Below, one piece after another: positions 27,408-37,435 of a DNA stretch of 64,000 bases (its first letter is position 1; every line of letters starts with the position of its first letter). Source of the DNA: Candidatus Omnitrophica bacterium CG11_big_fil_rev_8_21_14_0_20_64_10 (lineage in GTDB: Bacteria > Omnitrophota > Gorgyraeia > 1-14-0-20-64-10); the NCBI GenBank assembly GCA_002787095.1, contig PCVW01000010.1, positions 7,774 to 71,773 on the forward strand. The letters run 5' to 3'. The translations under genes and the position numbers were made by a program. The notes beneath the pieces were generated by a model. It was not told where the DNA came from and searched no databases. It saw nothing but the letters and a program-made list of their open reading frames with translations.

Positions 27408-28840
27408 TCCGCGCTGCGCCCGCTCCACCACTTCAACCGGTTCATCCAAAAGGCGGTCGCGATGACAACCGCCCCGGCCGCCGCCAGCCGGCCCGGCCAG
27501 CCGGAGATCCAGAAACAGAGTCCCCAGGTCAGCCACCCCATCGGCGCGCAGAGCCAGGCGGCTCTGAGACGGATTCCGAATCGCCGGGCGCTGATTCGGC
27601 CGTACAGGATCCCGATCCCGGTGTAGCAGAGGGAGGTCGAAAGCGCGACGCCCGGCAGGCCGCCCCACCGGATCCCGATCCAGTCCCCGACGGTGTTGAG
27701 CCCCGCCATCGCGAGGTTAAGTCCCATGACCATCGGCAGGGCGTCAAAGACGGAAAAGAGCGGGGTCACGAGGACCGCGAGCGGTTGGAAGCTCAAGCCC
27801 GCCCAGAGCAGGGCCAACGGCGCGGCCGCCCCGGCGTAATCGGGGCCGCCGAGCCACCGGACCCCCTCCGGGGTCACCGCGATCAGGAAGGCCATCGCGC
27901 TTCCCCAGAAGAAGGCGATCTTGGGGGCGGTGATTTCGATGAAGTTCCGGATCCGGCCGGCTTCCCCCCGGTTTTTCCACTCCATGAACATCGGAAAGAG
28001 GATGATGATCAGTCCCATCAGCCCGGTTGAGGCCATCAGCATCAGCCGGTAGCCGAACTGATAAATACCGACCGCCGTCGTTCCCAACACCAGACGGACC
28101 ACATAGAGATCCACCCAATCCACCCAGTAGCCGGCGAGAAAAGTGATCCCGTTGCTCCAGGCGTATCGGGCCGCCCGGAGCAGACCGGACCGGTCCGGCC
28201 GCAGCCAAAGCATCCGCCCCGCCCCGGCCCGCAGGATCAGCCAGCTGCCCATTCCCAGGTAGGTGGCCGTTTCGATCAGGAGGACGGTGGTGGGTGTCGG
28301 GGGCAGGCCGCCGAGGAGGAGCCAGCCGGCTCCGGCCGCCAACCCGGCTTGCCGAATGACATTGGCCGTCGCGTACCGGGGAATCGCCCCGGTCGCCCGG
28401 CTGATGGACAACCCCAGGTCCCACCAGGCGATCGCCGGCAGCAGGGCCGTCAGCGCGTGGATCGCGTTGGACGACAGTCCCGACCAAACCTCAAGCCAGG
28501 GGCGGGCTGCCTCGATCCCGATCATCGCGATCCCGCAGCAGACCGTCAGGAGGCACATCCGGACGGACACCGCTTCCCGGAGCGGCCGATTCTCTTCCAC
28601 GCCGGCGACGCCGAAGCGGATCACGGTGTCGCTGGCCCAGCCGATCGCGACCCGGAAGAGGAACTGGACGGTCGCCACGCCGATCAGGTAGGAGCCGAAC
28701 GGGCCGGCTCCCAGGACCCGGGCGATCGACCCGAGCCAGATCAGGCTCAGCGGGAGACTGATCCCCTGCGCGGCCACGACCGCTCCGTATTGTTTGAAGA
28801 TGTTCCGGACGCTCCAGCGGTCCCGGCCGGCGGAGTTCAA
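27404..28840 (-). CDS. wzx: Wzx-type oligosaccharide flippase (MOP family)
   Basis: ARVLG...FG.Y, VD...LG...VGIYQFGYR, LFP, LGGPDYAGA; about 12-14 TM segments; TTG start uncertain. Confidence 0.8.
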   Translation of the reverse strand: MNSAGRDRWSVRNIFKQYGAVVAAQGISLPLSLIWLGSIARVLGAGPFGSYLIGVATVQFLFRVAIGWASDTVIRFGVAGVEENRPLREAVSVRMCLLTVCCGIAMIGIEAARPWLEVWSGLSSNAIHALTALLPAIAWWDLGLSISRATGAIPRYATANVIRQAGLAAGAGWLLLGGLPPTPTTVLLIETATYLGMGSWLILRAGAGRMLWLRPDRSGLLRAARYAWSNGITFLAGYWVDWVDLYVVRLVLGTTAVGIYQFGYRLMLMASTGLMGLIIILFPMFMEWKNRGEAGRIRNFIEITAPKIAFFWGSAMAFLIAVTPEGVRWLGGPDYAGAAAPLALLWAGLSFQPLAVLVTPLFSVFDALPMVMGLNLAMAGLNTVGDWIGIRWGGLPGVALSTSLCYTGIGILYGRISARRFGIRLRAAWLCAPMGWLTWGLCFWISGWPGRLAAAGAVVIATAFWMNRLKWWSGRSAE

Positions 28841-28844
28841 GGGC

Positions 28845-30173
28845 TCAGACTCCGATCAATCGTTGATAGGCCGCCTGCCGGCGTTCCGAGGCGATCGGCC
28901 AATCGTAATGGTCCCGCACCGCGGCCTGGGCCGCCTCCCCCATGGCTTGGGCCCCCTCCGGCTGTTCCAGCAGCCGGCAGACCGCCTGGGCGGCGGCGGC
29001 GATCGCCCCTTCCGGAATCAGGCGGCCGGTCGCCCCGTCCCGGATCAACTCCCGATGCCAGGCGAGATCATAGGCGACGACCGGTTTGCCGGCGGCGGCC
29101 GCTTCCAGCAGGCTGAAGCCCCCCATCAGGCAGATCTGGACATCCGATGCGGCCCGCCACAGGCGGAGCGACTCTCTCGGCAGGAACCCGAGCCAGCGGA
29201 CGCTGTCCGACAATCCCAAACGCCCGGCGGCCGCTTCCAGCGCCCTCCGCTGGGAACCGTCTCCGATGACGACCGCCTGCAGGTCCGGATGGGACCGCTT
29301 CACTTCGGCGGCGATCCGGAGAAAATCTTCGGGATAGTTCACTTTTTCGAGCCGTCCGATGAACAGCAGCAGCGGTTTTCCACTCAAACCGGCTTCCTTC
29401 CGGAAGCGGACCGCGTCCGTTTCCGGCGTTTTCCAAAAACTGAGATCCACTCCATGCGGCAGCACGGCGATCCGGTCCCGGTCGGCTCCCCGCCGCGTCA
29501 CCCATTCGGTGAGACTGGGTCGGACCACCCAGACCGCTTCGGCCCGCCGGAGGACCCAACGCTGCGCCGTCTCGGCCAGCCGGCGGGAACGGCCCCACCG
29601 GGCGGTCTCTCGGTCATCGAGTCGACGGGAGAGGTCCGGGTCTCCGTGCAGGGAGACCCCCCAGCGGACTCCGGTCAAACCGGCCAGCCAGGCGGCCAAG
29701 AGTCCCATCGGAAAGGGGTCCTGTCCCCGGATCACGGTGACCTCCCGCCGGATCGACAGCGATCGGCTGAGTCCCCAGACCGCCAGCCTCAGACCGTTGA
29801 GGGTGTGGTGGCAGGCGGTCCAGCCGGCGCCTTTCAGAAATCGGGCAATGGGCCGGAGGGTCCGGATCGTTTGCACAGGGCTCCAGCGGGTTCGGCGATT
29901 CTGTTCCGATGGGAAGTAAAGGGTTTCGACCCCGTCCCAGAACCCGGCCTCTTCCCGTTCTGAAATCAGGGAGCCGACCCCCTTGGTTAGGATCGCTTCA
30001 AAACCGGCGGGGACCAGACAAAGCAGCCTCCGTCCGGGCTTGCGGGGGATCCCCCGCAACAGAAGGGCGGTCGGCAGGGCCAGCAGCCCGAGGAGCGCCC
30101 CGCCGAGGAGAGCGATTCCGGCCGCGACGCAACCGTCCGCCCAACGGCTTCCCGGGGAGTTTGAGGCGGCCAT
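28845..30173 (-). CDS. GT4 glycosyltransferase with hydrophobic N-terminus
   Basis: PHGVD, FIGRLEKVN, GDG, GFSLLEAAAAGKPVV. Confidence 0.85.
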   Translation of the reverse strand: MAASNSPGSRWADGCVAAGIALLGGALLGLLALPTALLLRGIPRKPGRRLLCLVPAGFEAILTKGVGSLISEREEAGFWDGVETLYFPSEQNRRTRWSPVQTIRTLRPIARFLKGAGWTACHHTLNGLRLAVWGLSRSLSIRREVTVIRGQDPFPMGLLAAWLAGLTGVRWGVSLHGDPDLSRRLDDRETARWGRSRRLAETAQRWVLRRAEAVWVVRPSLTEWVTRRGADRDRIAVLPHGVDLSFWKTPETDAVRFRKEAGLSGKPLLLFIGRLEKVNYPEDFLRIAAEVKRSHPDLQAVVIGDGSQRRALEAAAGRLGLSDSVRWLGFLPRESLRLWRAASDVQICLMGGFSLLEAAAAGKPVVAYDLAWHRELIRDGATGRLIPEGAIAAAAQAVCRLLEQPEGAQAMGEAAQAAVRDHYDWPIASERRQAAYQRLIGV

Positions 30174-30183
30174 GGCCGTCGGG

Positions 30184-31278
30184 TCAACTGCGGGCCGCAG
30201 CGTCGTCCGCTGCCGGCGGTTGGGAGGCCCTCAGGGCCGGGACCTGGTAGCTGGAGCAGAGCCGGCAGATGTCCACCGTTCCCTGATCGGAGCGGATCTG
30301 TTTCCGAAATGCCCGGTACTTGGGGCCGTTCCATATTTTTCCGAAATCCTCCCGGAAGACATTTCCCATGATGTGGTGGGCCTTTGGGTCCCGGCAGCAG
30401 GGAACGACGTTCCCGTTCCAGGTGATCACCGAGGAGAAGTAGATCCAGTCGCAGCGGTTCTCGGGGAGAACCTTCGGCCGCAGGATCCCCTTCCGGAAGG
30501 CCGCTTCATCGTAGAACCAGTACCGCTTGTCTTCCGGAAGCATCTGGATCGCCTGGGCCATGTTCCGCACGCAGGGATCCACAACATGGACCCGGTCCAC
30601 CCCCCACCCCGAAACGGTCCGGACGAATTCCTCCACCTCATGCTCGTTGTGCTTCATGACGATGAACCCGACATTGATCTGAGGTGTCTTGAGTGGTCCC
30701 CGGGTGCCGGATCCGCCGAGCCGTTTCCGGGCTTCCACGAGTCCCCGGATGTTGGCGCAGACACGGTCAAAGCTGCTGTTGATCCGGTAGGTTTGGTGGG
30801 TTGCCTGGGTCATGCCGCCGATGTTGAAGTTGATCTCGTCCAGGCCCGAACGGACCGTTCGTTCGGGGTCCAGAACGGAACCGTTTGAATAGATCGTCAC
30901 ATAGATTCCCTGGTCCTTGGCGTGGCGGATCATGTCGTAGATGCGGGGATGCCAGAAAGATTCCCCCATGAAGTAGAGCTGAATCGAGTTGGTGTGGTGC
31001 CGCACCTGAGCGATCACCCGCTGAAAATTCTCGAAGGACATCTGTCCCACCGGCCGGTCAATGATCTTAGCGCCGGTCTCGCAGACCGGACAGCCGAGGT
31101 CGCAGGCACTGGTCGGTTCGATCGTCAGGAAAGCGGGCCGGCCGGCCGCCCGTTCGGTCCGGAGCCAGGCTGAGGGGATCGTCCGGCAGAAGGCCCAGAA
31201 TCCTTTGGGGCGCTGCGAAGCCATCCAGGCGAATTTCTTCAGCTTGTGGAGGATCGGTTTCCGGATCGGTTCGCTCAC
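30184..31278 (-). CDS. Radical SAM enzyme with SPASM/twitch domain
   Basis: IEPTSACDLGCPVC (CxxxCxxC), MGE, SNG; C-terminal C...GNVVPCC.D...GN...W...CRLC; GTG start. Confidence 0.9.
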   Translation of the reverse strand: MSEPIRKPILHKLKKFAWMASQRPKGFWAFCRTIPSAWLRTERAAGRPAFLTIEPTSACDLGCPVCETGAKIIDRPVGQMSFENFQRVIAQVRHHTNSIQLYFMGESFWHPRIYDMIRHAKDQGIYVTIYSNGSVLDPERTVRSGLDEINFNIGGMTQATHQTYRINSSFDRVCANIRGLVEARKRLGGSGTRGPLKTPQINVGFIVMKHNEHEVEEFVRTVSGWGVDRVHVVDPCVRNMAQAIQMLPEDKRYWFYDEAAFRKGILRPKVLPENRCDWIYFSSVITWNGNVVPCCRDPKAHHIMGNVFREDFGKIWNGPKYRAFRKQIRSDQGTVDICRLCSSYQVPALRASQPPAADDAAARS

Positions 31279-33107
31279 GATGTCCCCTTCCTGCTTTCGG
31301 CCGGAACCGGGAGGATCTCGCCGGCCGATTCCATGAAGCGGCGCAGCCACCATTCGAAAGCCGCCAGCGACCAGATCAGCAGCCGGTGATCGGCGCGGCC
31401 GTTCTGGTGGGATTCGAGGATTTCCTGAAGCCACGCCGGCTGGAAAACTTCGTTGACTCGGCTGTTCGGTTGAGCCAGCAAGGTTCGGACGGTTGCCATC
31501 CGGTCGGCCCGCAGCCAGGCCGATTCGGGGGGGCTGAATCCCTGTTTCGGACGCCGGCAGGTCCGTTCCGGGAGGAGGGGCGCCAGCGCCCGGCGCAGCA
31601 GCCGCTTTCCTTCCGGCCCGGGGTCCTTTTGTTCGACCGGCAGCCCCCGAACCCAATCGGACAATTCCAGGTCCAAAAACGGCACCCGGCTCTCCAGCCC
31701 ATGAGCCATGCTCAGCTTGTCCTCCACCATCAGCAGTCCCTGCAGAAAGGTGTCGGCTTCGAACCGAACCGCTTTCTCGACCGGCGGCAGCGCCCGATAG
31801 GGGGCGATCCGCTCCCGGTACCGCTCCCAAGGGGAATGGGAGCGCATCCGTCTCCAGACCTCCGGAAGGAAGGCATTGGCCTGCTCGTCTGGAGGGATCA
31901 GCCGGCACCAGGCGGCGAACTGGATCCGATCAAACTGCTCCGGGTCGTTCGCCTCGGCGATTGCCGCGTAACGCCAGGGGTAGCCGCCGAACAGTTCGTC
32001 TCCTCCGACGCCCGAGAGGACGACGGTCACGTCCCGGCGGGCCAGTTCCGCGGCGAAGAAATTGGGGTAGGACATCCCGACCCGAAGTTCTTCCAGGTGG
32101 GTCACGAGGCGGGGCAGCAGATCCCACCCGTCACCCGGTCCGATCGTCCGTTCATGATGCCGGGTCTTGAGCCGGCGGCTCAGCCACCGGGCCTCTTCCC
32201 GTTCGTCGAACCGGGCTTCGGGCCCGGTCACTCCCGAGACATCGAATCCGGCGGTAAAGGTATCGAGCTCGGGCAGCCGCCGCTGAGCCAACGCGACCAA
32301 AGCCCCGGAGTCCATCCCTCCGCTCAGGAAGGCGCCGACCGGCACGTCACTGATCAGGTGGCGGTTTACCGCCGCAGTCAGCCGTTGGAGCAGCTCTTCC
32401 TCCGTCCGCCCGGCCGGCTCGCTCCGGTTGACGGGGATGCCTTCGGCGATCCGATGGGTTCGGATCTTCCCCTCCGCCACTTCGAGCAATTCTCCGGCCG
32501 GGAGCAGTTCGATCCCGTCGAAAAGGGTCTGCCGGCCGAACAAATTCTGAAAGGTGAAGTACTCCCGAAGCGCTTCCCAACAGATCCGGCGGGGAGCTCC
32601 ATCGGCCTGCAGCAGCCCTTTGACTTCCGAAGCGAAATGAAGCCGATTTCGGAAGCGGCCCAGGTACAGCGGCTTGATTCCGAACCGGTCTCGGGCCAAC
32701 CAAAGGGTTTGGGAGCGGCCATCCCACAGGGCGAAGGCGAACATCCCGTTGAGCCGGGCGAAAGCCGCCGGTCCCTGCGCCTCGTACAGGTGGAGGATCA
32801 CCTCCCCATCGGTTTGGGAGGCGAAACGGTGCCCGAGCCCTTCGAGCTCCCGGCGCAGTTCCCGGAAGTTGTAGATCTCGCCGTTGAAAATCAGCTGCAG
32901 GCGGCCGTCCTCGTTGCCCAGCGGTTGGCGGGCCGTGTCGCTCAGGTCAATGATGGCCAGCCGCCGATGCCCGAGTCCGATCGGTCCTTCGAGGAAGAAG
33001 CCTTCCCCGTCGGGTCCCCGATGAGCGAGGGCCCGCGTCATTCGGATCAGCCCCGCCCGATCGGCCCGCCCGCCCGACAGGTCGATCATCCCGGCGATCC
33101 CGCACAT
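31275..33107 (-). CDS. asnB: Asparagine synthase-like glutamine amidotransferase (WbpS-like), copy 1
   Basis: MCGIAG, HRGPD, RRLAIID, NGEIYN, LSGGMDS, SGVGGDELFGGY, ESRVPFLD. Confidence 0.92.
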   Translation of the reverse strand: MCGIAGMIDLSGGRADRAGLIRMTRALAHRGPDGEGFFLEGPIGLGHRRLAIIDLSDTARQPLGNEDGRLQLIFNGEIYNFRELRRELEGLGHRFASQTDGEVILHLYEAQGPAAFARLNGMFAFALWDGRSQTLWLARDRFGIKPLYLGRFRNRLHFASEVKGLLQADGAPRRICWEALREYFTFQNLFGRQTLFDGIELLPAGELLEVAEGKIRTHRIAEGIPVNRSEPAGRTEEELLQRLTAAVNRHLISDVPVGAFLSGGMDSGALVALAQRRLPELDTFTAGFDVSGVTGPEARFDEREEARWLSRRLKTRHHERTIGPGDGWDLLPRLVTHLEELRVGMSYPNFFAAELARRDVTVVLSGVGGDELFGGYPWRYAAIAEANDPEQFDRIQFAAWCRLIPPDEQANAFLPEVWRRMRSHSPWERYRERIAPYRALPPVEKAVRFEADTFLQGLLMVEDKLSMAHGLESRVPFLDLELSDWVRGLPVEQKDPGPEGKRLLRRALAPLLPERTCRRPKQGFSPPESAWLRADRMATVRTLLAQPNSRVNEVFQPAWLQEILESHQNGRADHRLLIWSLAAFEWWLRRFMESAGEILPVPAESRKGTS

Positions 33108-34006
33108 CAGGCCTTCCGTCCGATCGCCGAGATGCCGTTCGGGTTCGGGGTCAGCAGGCGGATTTCCTTCAGGCCGGCCGCTTCGAACCATCCCCGCACT
33201 TCTTCCGGGGTATGACGGAAGGCGTGGGCGGGATGGTACCAGTCAAAGTTCACAAGGGTGTTTTCGTCGAACTTGAAATCGGGGTTCCAGAAACACTTGA
33301 AGAAATGATCGTAGATCAGCCGCTGCAGGTCATACCGGCCGGCCGGGATCCCCAGGCCCGGCAGGTCCTGCGGCACGTCAACGGTCGCCTGCATCTCGGA
33401 GAGCGCCTTTCCGAACCGGGTGAAGGCTTCGCTGAAGGCCCAGCAGGCTTCCGGCTCCATCCGGGTTGCTTCCGCTCGGAGCAAGTCATCGCAGAATTCC
33501 CGGGCCGGCCCCATCTTGCGGTAGACATGGATCGCGATCAGGCCGCCCGGCGCCAGGAACGGCAGCAGCGCTTCGAAGGCCCGGCGGGTATCTGGAGGGT
33601 GATGCAGGACCCCGTCGCTGACGATCAGATCGAACTGTTCTTTCCGGAATGGCATGCGGAAGAGGTCGGCTCGAAGAATCCGGGCGTTGGCGTGGTGCCG
33701 CACGTTTTGCCATGCTGGGACGACCGATTCCGAGAAATCGATGCCCACTGCCGGGGCGGTCCGGTTGAACCGGCAGAAGGTGTCGATCTTGGCCCCCAGC
33801 CCGGTCCCAACGTCGAGAAAGGAGCGCCGGCCGGACAAGAACGCAGGAAGCTGTTCGGGGGCCGGCAGTCCCAGTTTTCGGCTGAACCAGTCGTCGTAGA
33901 ACTGTTTTTGGCGCTCGTCCTGGAAACCGAATCCGGGCAGCCGGTTCCATTTGAACGAGAAACTGCTTTGGACCTGCCGGCGCCGGTCGGTCAATTCCGG
34001 AGTCAT
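33107..34006 (-). CDS. Class I SAM-dependent methyltransferase
   Basis: SFSFKW, LDVGTGLG, GVLHH, LAPGG, FDWYHP. Confidence 0.87.
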   Translation of the reverse strand: MTPELTDRRRQVQSSFSFKWNRLPGFGFQDERQKQFYDDWFSRKLGLPAPEQLPAFLSGRRSFLDVGTGLGAKIDTFCRFNRTAPAVGIDFSESVVPAWQNVRHHANARILRADLFRMPFRKEQFDLIVSDGVLHHPPDTRRAFEALLPFLAPGGLIAIHVYRKMGPAREFCDDLLRAEATRMEPEACWAFSEAFTRFGKALSEMQATVDVPQDLPGLGIPAGRYDLQRLIYDHFFKCFWNPDFKFDENTLVNFDWYHPAHAFRHTPEEVRGWFEAAGLKEIRLLTPNPNGISAIGRKA

Positions 34007-34581
34007 CGGGTTTGTTCCCGGTCGTAGACCAGCCGGACCCCGCCTTCGGCATCGGTCTCCACTCGGCCGACGATCCGGGCCGGGGCGCCGACGGCGATCG
34101 AATGCGCAGGAAGGTCTCGGTTCACGAAACTGTGGGCTCCGATCGCGCAGTGGTCTTCGATCGTCACCCCTTTCGCAATCGTGGCTTGAGGGCCGATGAA
34201 GCAGGCGTCGCCGATCCGGACCGGCGCATGGGCGTAGGGAGCTTTCCCGCCGCTCAAGGCCCAGGCGACGGTATCATGGGAGTAGATCTGAACGCCCGCC
34301 GAGATGCTGCAGAAATTTCCGATTCGGAGCTTTCCGGTTCCGTCGAGGATGACCAGGGGGCCGATCCAGGCGTTCTCTCCCACCGTCACATCGCCGTAAA
34401 CATAGCTGAGCTGGTAGATGCTGCTCCCCTTCCCGAAACCGAGCGCTTGCGCTCGTTCCTTCCGGTCAAACAGGGATTCTTCAAAAGGAAGGGAGCGGTT
34501 CCACTTCCGGCGGATTTGGAGATCCAGTTCCTGTCCGAGGCGCTTGAGCTGGGCGTGAAGGGGGTGGGGCAGCTTCGTCAT
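34003..34581 (-). CDS. Hexapeptide-repeat (LbH) acyltransferase
   Basis: VTVGENAWIGP, IGNFCSISAGV, HD, IGDACFIG, GAPAR. Confidence 0.9.
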   Translation of the reverse strand: MTKLPHPLHAQLKRLGQELDLQIRRKWNRSLPFEESLFDRKERAQALGFGKGSSIYQLSYVYGDVTVGENAWIGPLVILDGTGKLRIGNFCSISAGVQIYSHDTVAWALSGGKAPYAHAPVRIGDACFIGPQATIAKGVTIEDHCAIGAHSFVNRDLPAHSIAVGAPARIVGRVETDAEGGVRLVYDREQTR

Positions 34582-35741
34582 CGGGCGCTCAACTCCTTGC
34601 GGATTGTCTCGATCACCTGGTCCTGGTCGGCGGCGCTGAGTGCCGGATAGAGCGGCAGGGTCAGCGATTCCTGATCGGCCGTCCAGGCGTTCGGGAAATC
34701 TTCCGGACGAAAGCCGTATTTCCGGGCGTAGTAGTCCAGCGCATGGACCGCGTGGGTCCCCTGCCGGGTGGCGATCCCTTCCCCTTTGAGTTGTTCCGCC
34801 AGTTCATCCCGGGAACAGCGGGCCGCCGGCGTGATCCGGATGACATAGGATTGGAAGGGATGGACCTCCCCTTCCGGGATCGCCGGGGTTTCCAGTCCCG
34901 GCACGCCCCGCAGCCCTTCGGCATACCGCCGGGCCAGCCGGAGGCGGGCCTCCAGCAGCGCCGGGAGGCGCTTCATCTGGACCGCGCCGAGGGCGGCCTG
35001 GAAGTCTGTCATCCGGTAGTTGTAGCCGGCCAATCCGAATTGAGGCAGCCGGGCGCTCTGATCGCCGTGCCGGCTCCAATCCGACCGGGATTCCCCGTGC
35101 GATCGCAGCTGCCGAAGCCGTTCGGCGAGCGTTCCGTCGGCGGTGACGATCGCTCCCCCCTCCCCGGTCGTGATCACCTTCCGGGGGTGGAAGCTGAAGC
35201 AGCCGCTTGTCCCGAAGCTGCCGGCCGCCCGGGACCCGCTCCGGGCGCCGATGGCGCAGGCGGCATCCTCGATCACCCGCAGGTTCCGGCGCTCAGCCCA
35301 CGGCATCAGCCGGTCCATCGGGGCCATGCGGCCGAAGAGATGCACCGGGATCACGGCGCGGGTTTTCGAAGTGATCCGGGCCTCCCAGGCGTCGGGATCG
35401 ATGTTCCAGCTGTCGAGCCGGATGTCCACGAAGACGGGGCGGGCCCCGGTCTGCTCGACCGCGTTGGCGGTGGCGACATAGGTCAAGGCGGGGACCAGCA
35501 CCTCATCCCCCGGTCCGATCCCGCAGGCAACCAGACTCAGATGAAGGGCGGCGGTGCAGGAGGAGACGGCAATCGCGTGGGGGACGCCGCTCGATTCCGA
35601 CAAGAGGGTTTCGAACCGCCGGACCTGCTCCCCCTGGACCAGCCAGCCGCTCCGGAGGACCGCGGCGACCGCCTCCAGTTCCTCCGGACCGATGTTCGGT
35701 CGGGTGATCGGAATGGTCCTGGAAGCGGAGGCCGGGTTCAT
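34578..35741 (-). CDS. DegT/DnrJ/EryC1/StrS PLP-dependent sugar aminotransferase
   Basis: SSCTAALH, PVHLFG, IEDAA, FSFHPRKVITTGEGG, GYNYRM. Confidence 0.93.
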   Translation of the reverse strand: MNPASASRTIPITRPNIGPEELEAVAAVLRSGWLVQGEQVRRFETLLSESSGVPHAIAVSSCTAALHLSLVACGIGPGDEVLVPALTYVATANAVEQTGARPVFVDIRLDSWNIDPDAWEARITSKTRAVIPVHLFGRMAPMDRLMPWAERRNLRVIEDAACAIGARSGSRAAGSFGTSGCFSFHPRKVITTGEGGAIVTADGTLAERLRQLRSHGESRSDWSRHGDQSARLPQFGLAGYNYRMTDFQAALGAVQMKRLPALLEARLRLARRYAEGLRGVPGLETPAIPEGEVHPFQSYVIRITPAARCSRDELAEQLKGEGIATRQGTHAVHALDYYARKYGFRPEDFPNAWTADQESLTLPLYPALSAADQDQVIETIRKELSAR

Positions 35742-37435
35742 CGGCCGGCTCCGAAAGGAAAACGGTACCGGAGGCGCAGTTCCCCGTTCCGGTTCCAATC
35801 ATCCGACAGGTCGGGAGAGCTTCCCTTGATGCCCGACAGGTCCGTCGGCTGGAAGTAGCGGGAAGAACCCATGTGGCGGACCGAGAATTTTCCGGGACGC
35901 CGGAGCCATCGCATCGGCAGCGGCCGGGAGGCGGTGGAGATCAGATGGTCCACGACCTCGATCCAGTCCGGCTCCAGGGCGATCGTCCGGGTCAGCGCGA
36001 TCGGCGCCGTCCGATGTCGGTACAGCAGGGCGCCGACCAGCAGCCGCTTCAGCCACAGGGCGGCGGCCGGCAGCCGGCCGATCGTCAGGTTGAACAGCCG
36101 GAACAGGAAGAATGGGCCCGGCGAGAAGGTTTTCCTCGGCAGCCGGCGGAATTGTTTTTGGATCCGCCAGCTGTTGCCGGCATTCTCGATCCCCGCTTCG
36201 CCGGGATGCTGCAGCCACAGAGAGGAAACCAGTTCCCCGCCCCGGGTCAGGCCGGCGTAGCCGCCGTCGGCGATCACCGGCTGTCCGGTCGTCCGGTCCC
36301 AGGCTTTCAAGACCCCTCCCTTGGAGAGTCCCAGGATCGCGAAATAGCGCGGGGTGCTCTTGACCAGCAGCCCGGCTTCCGCGAAATGGCGCTCCCCTTC
36401 CCGCTCAAAACCGAAGGCCGGGCGCTGCGCGGGGATCGGACCGGCCGCTTCCTGCGCGAACAAGTAGTTGTTCAGCATCGGAAAGAAATTGTAGGGATCC
36501 ATCGCCGCCAATCCCGCCGCTTGCTGGTCGGCGACCGCCGGCCGCATCCAGGCGGCAATCGCGGCGGCCTGCGGGTCGTGGGGGGCCAGGATCTCAAAGG
36601 CCGCCGGAAAGAAGAATTCGGTGTCCCGGCTGCCGGTTTCGCCGCCGAGCGTCCGGTCGGGGTGGATCACCTCCAGCAGGAAGGCGCTGGCCCGTTTGAG
36701 CGTCGTCAGCAGCCGGCCCTCCCGCGACTGCTGCCAGATGCGGGCCAGGTAGAACATCCCCAGCGTCTGGTAGCCGGGATCGGCCCCGCCGTACTCATGC
36801 AGCCAGCCTTCGGCTGATTGGTGCTTCAGGATGATTTCCAGGAAGTGGTCCCGCCGCTGCAGGAAATCCCGTTCCGCCAACAGCTCTCCGGCGTGGTGAA
36901 GGGCGCCGGCGGCGGCGGCGAGGTGGTTGGTCAGGATCCCATGGGTTTCTCCCGATCGGCAGAGCCAGCGTCCCGCTTTCCGGAGGGCCGACTCAACGGT
37001 GTTCCGTTGGGGGACCGAGAGCCGGCCTTGAAGGCGCCGGAAGGCTTCGGCGGCATGAAACGCAGAGACCGCAGTGGCGGCCAGGCTCTGTTCGTGGGGG
37101 TAGGCCTCATCGAAGGAGCCGTCGGCGTGTTGAATCCGGCTCCAATAGAGCAGCGCGGCGGTCGCCCAGGCTTCGGCCTGAGGGAGGCCGGCATACCGGT
37201 TGCCGGGAAACGGCAGTGTCGCCACCGCGGCGAGGGCGTAGGCCCCTTCCTGGAAACGGGCTCCCGGGAAATCGGTGAACTTCCAGCACCAATGGGTCCG
37301 GTCCAGACAACCGTAACTCTTGGAATGCTCCTGACGGTCCAGCATCGAGAAGAGGCGGGGCAGCTCCGCCGTGATCCGGGCGGCGTACGGCGAAGCCAGC
37401 GCCTGCGAATCCGAAACGGCCGGTTGAGTCGGCAT
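35738..37435 (-). CDS. Hypothetical protein, predicted alpha/alpha toroid plus beta-rich domain
   Basis: Repeated IQHADGSFDE / HQSAEGWLHE / IHPDRTLGGE turns between helices; start MPTQPA in TGATG overlap. Confidence 0.6.
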   Translation of the reverse strand: MPTQPAVSDSQALASPYAARITAELPRLFSMLDRQEHSKSYGCLDRTHWCWKFTDFPGARFQEGAYALAAVATLPFPGNRYAGLPQAEAWATAALLYWSRIQHADGSFDEAYPHEQSLAATAVSAFHAAEAFRRLQGRLSVPQRNTVESALRKAGRWLCRSGETHGILTNHLAAAAGALHHAGELLAERDFLQRRDHFLEIILKHQSAEGWLHEYGGADPGYQTLGMFYLARIWQQSREGRLLTTLKRASAFLLEVIHPDRTLGGETGSRDTEFFFPAAFEILAPHDPQAAAIAAWMRPAVADQQAAGLAAMDPYNFFPMLNNYLFAQEAAGPIPAQRPAFGFEREGERHFAEAGLLVKSTPRYFAILGLSKGGVLKAWDRTTGQPVIADGGYAGLTRGGELVSSLWLQHPGEAGIENAGNSWRIQKQFRRLPRKTFSPGPFFLFRLFNLTIGRLPAAALWLKRLLVGALLYRHRTAPIALTRTIALEPDWIEVVDHLISTASRPLPMRWLRRPGKFSVRHMGSSRYFQPTDLSGIKGSSPDLSDDWNRNGELRLRYRFPFGAGR

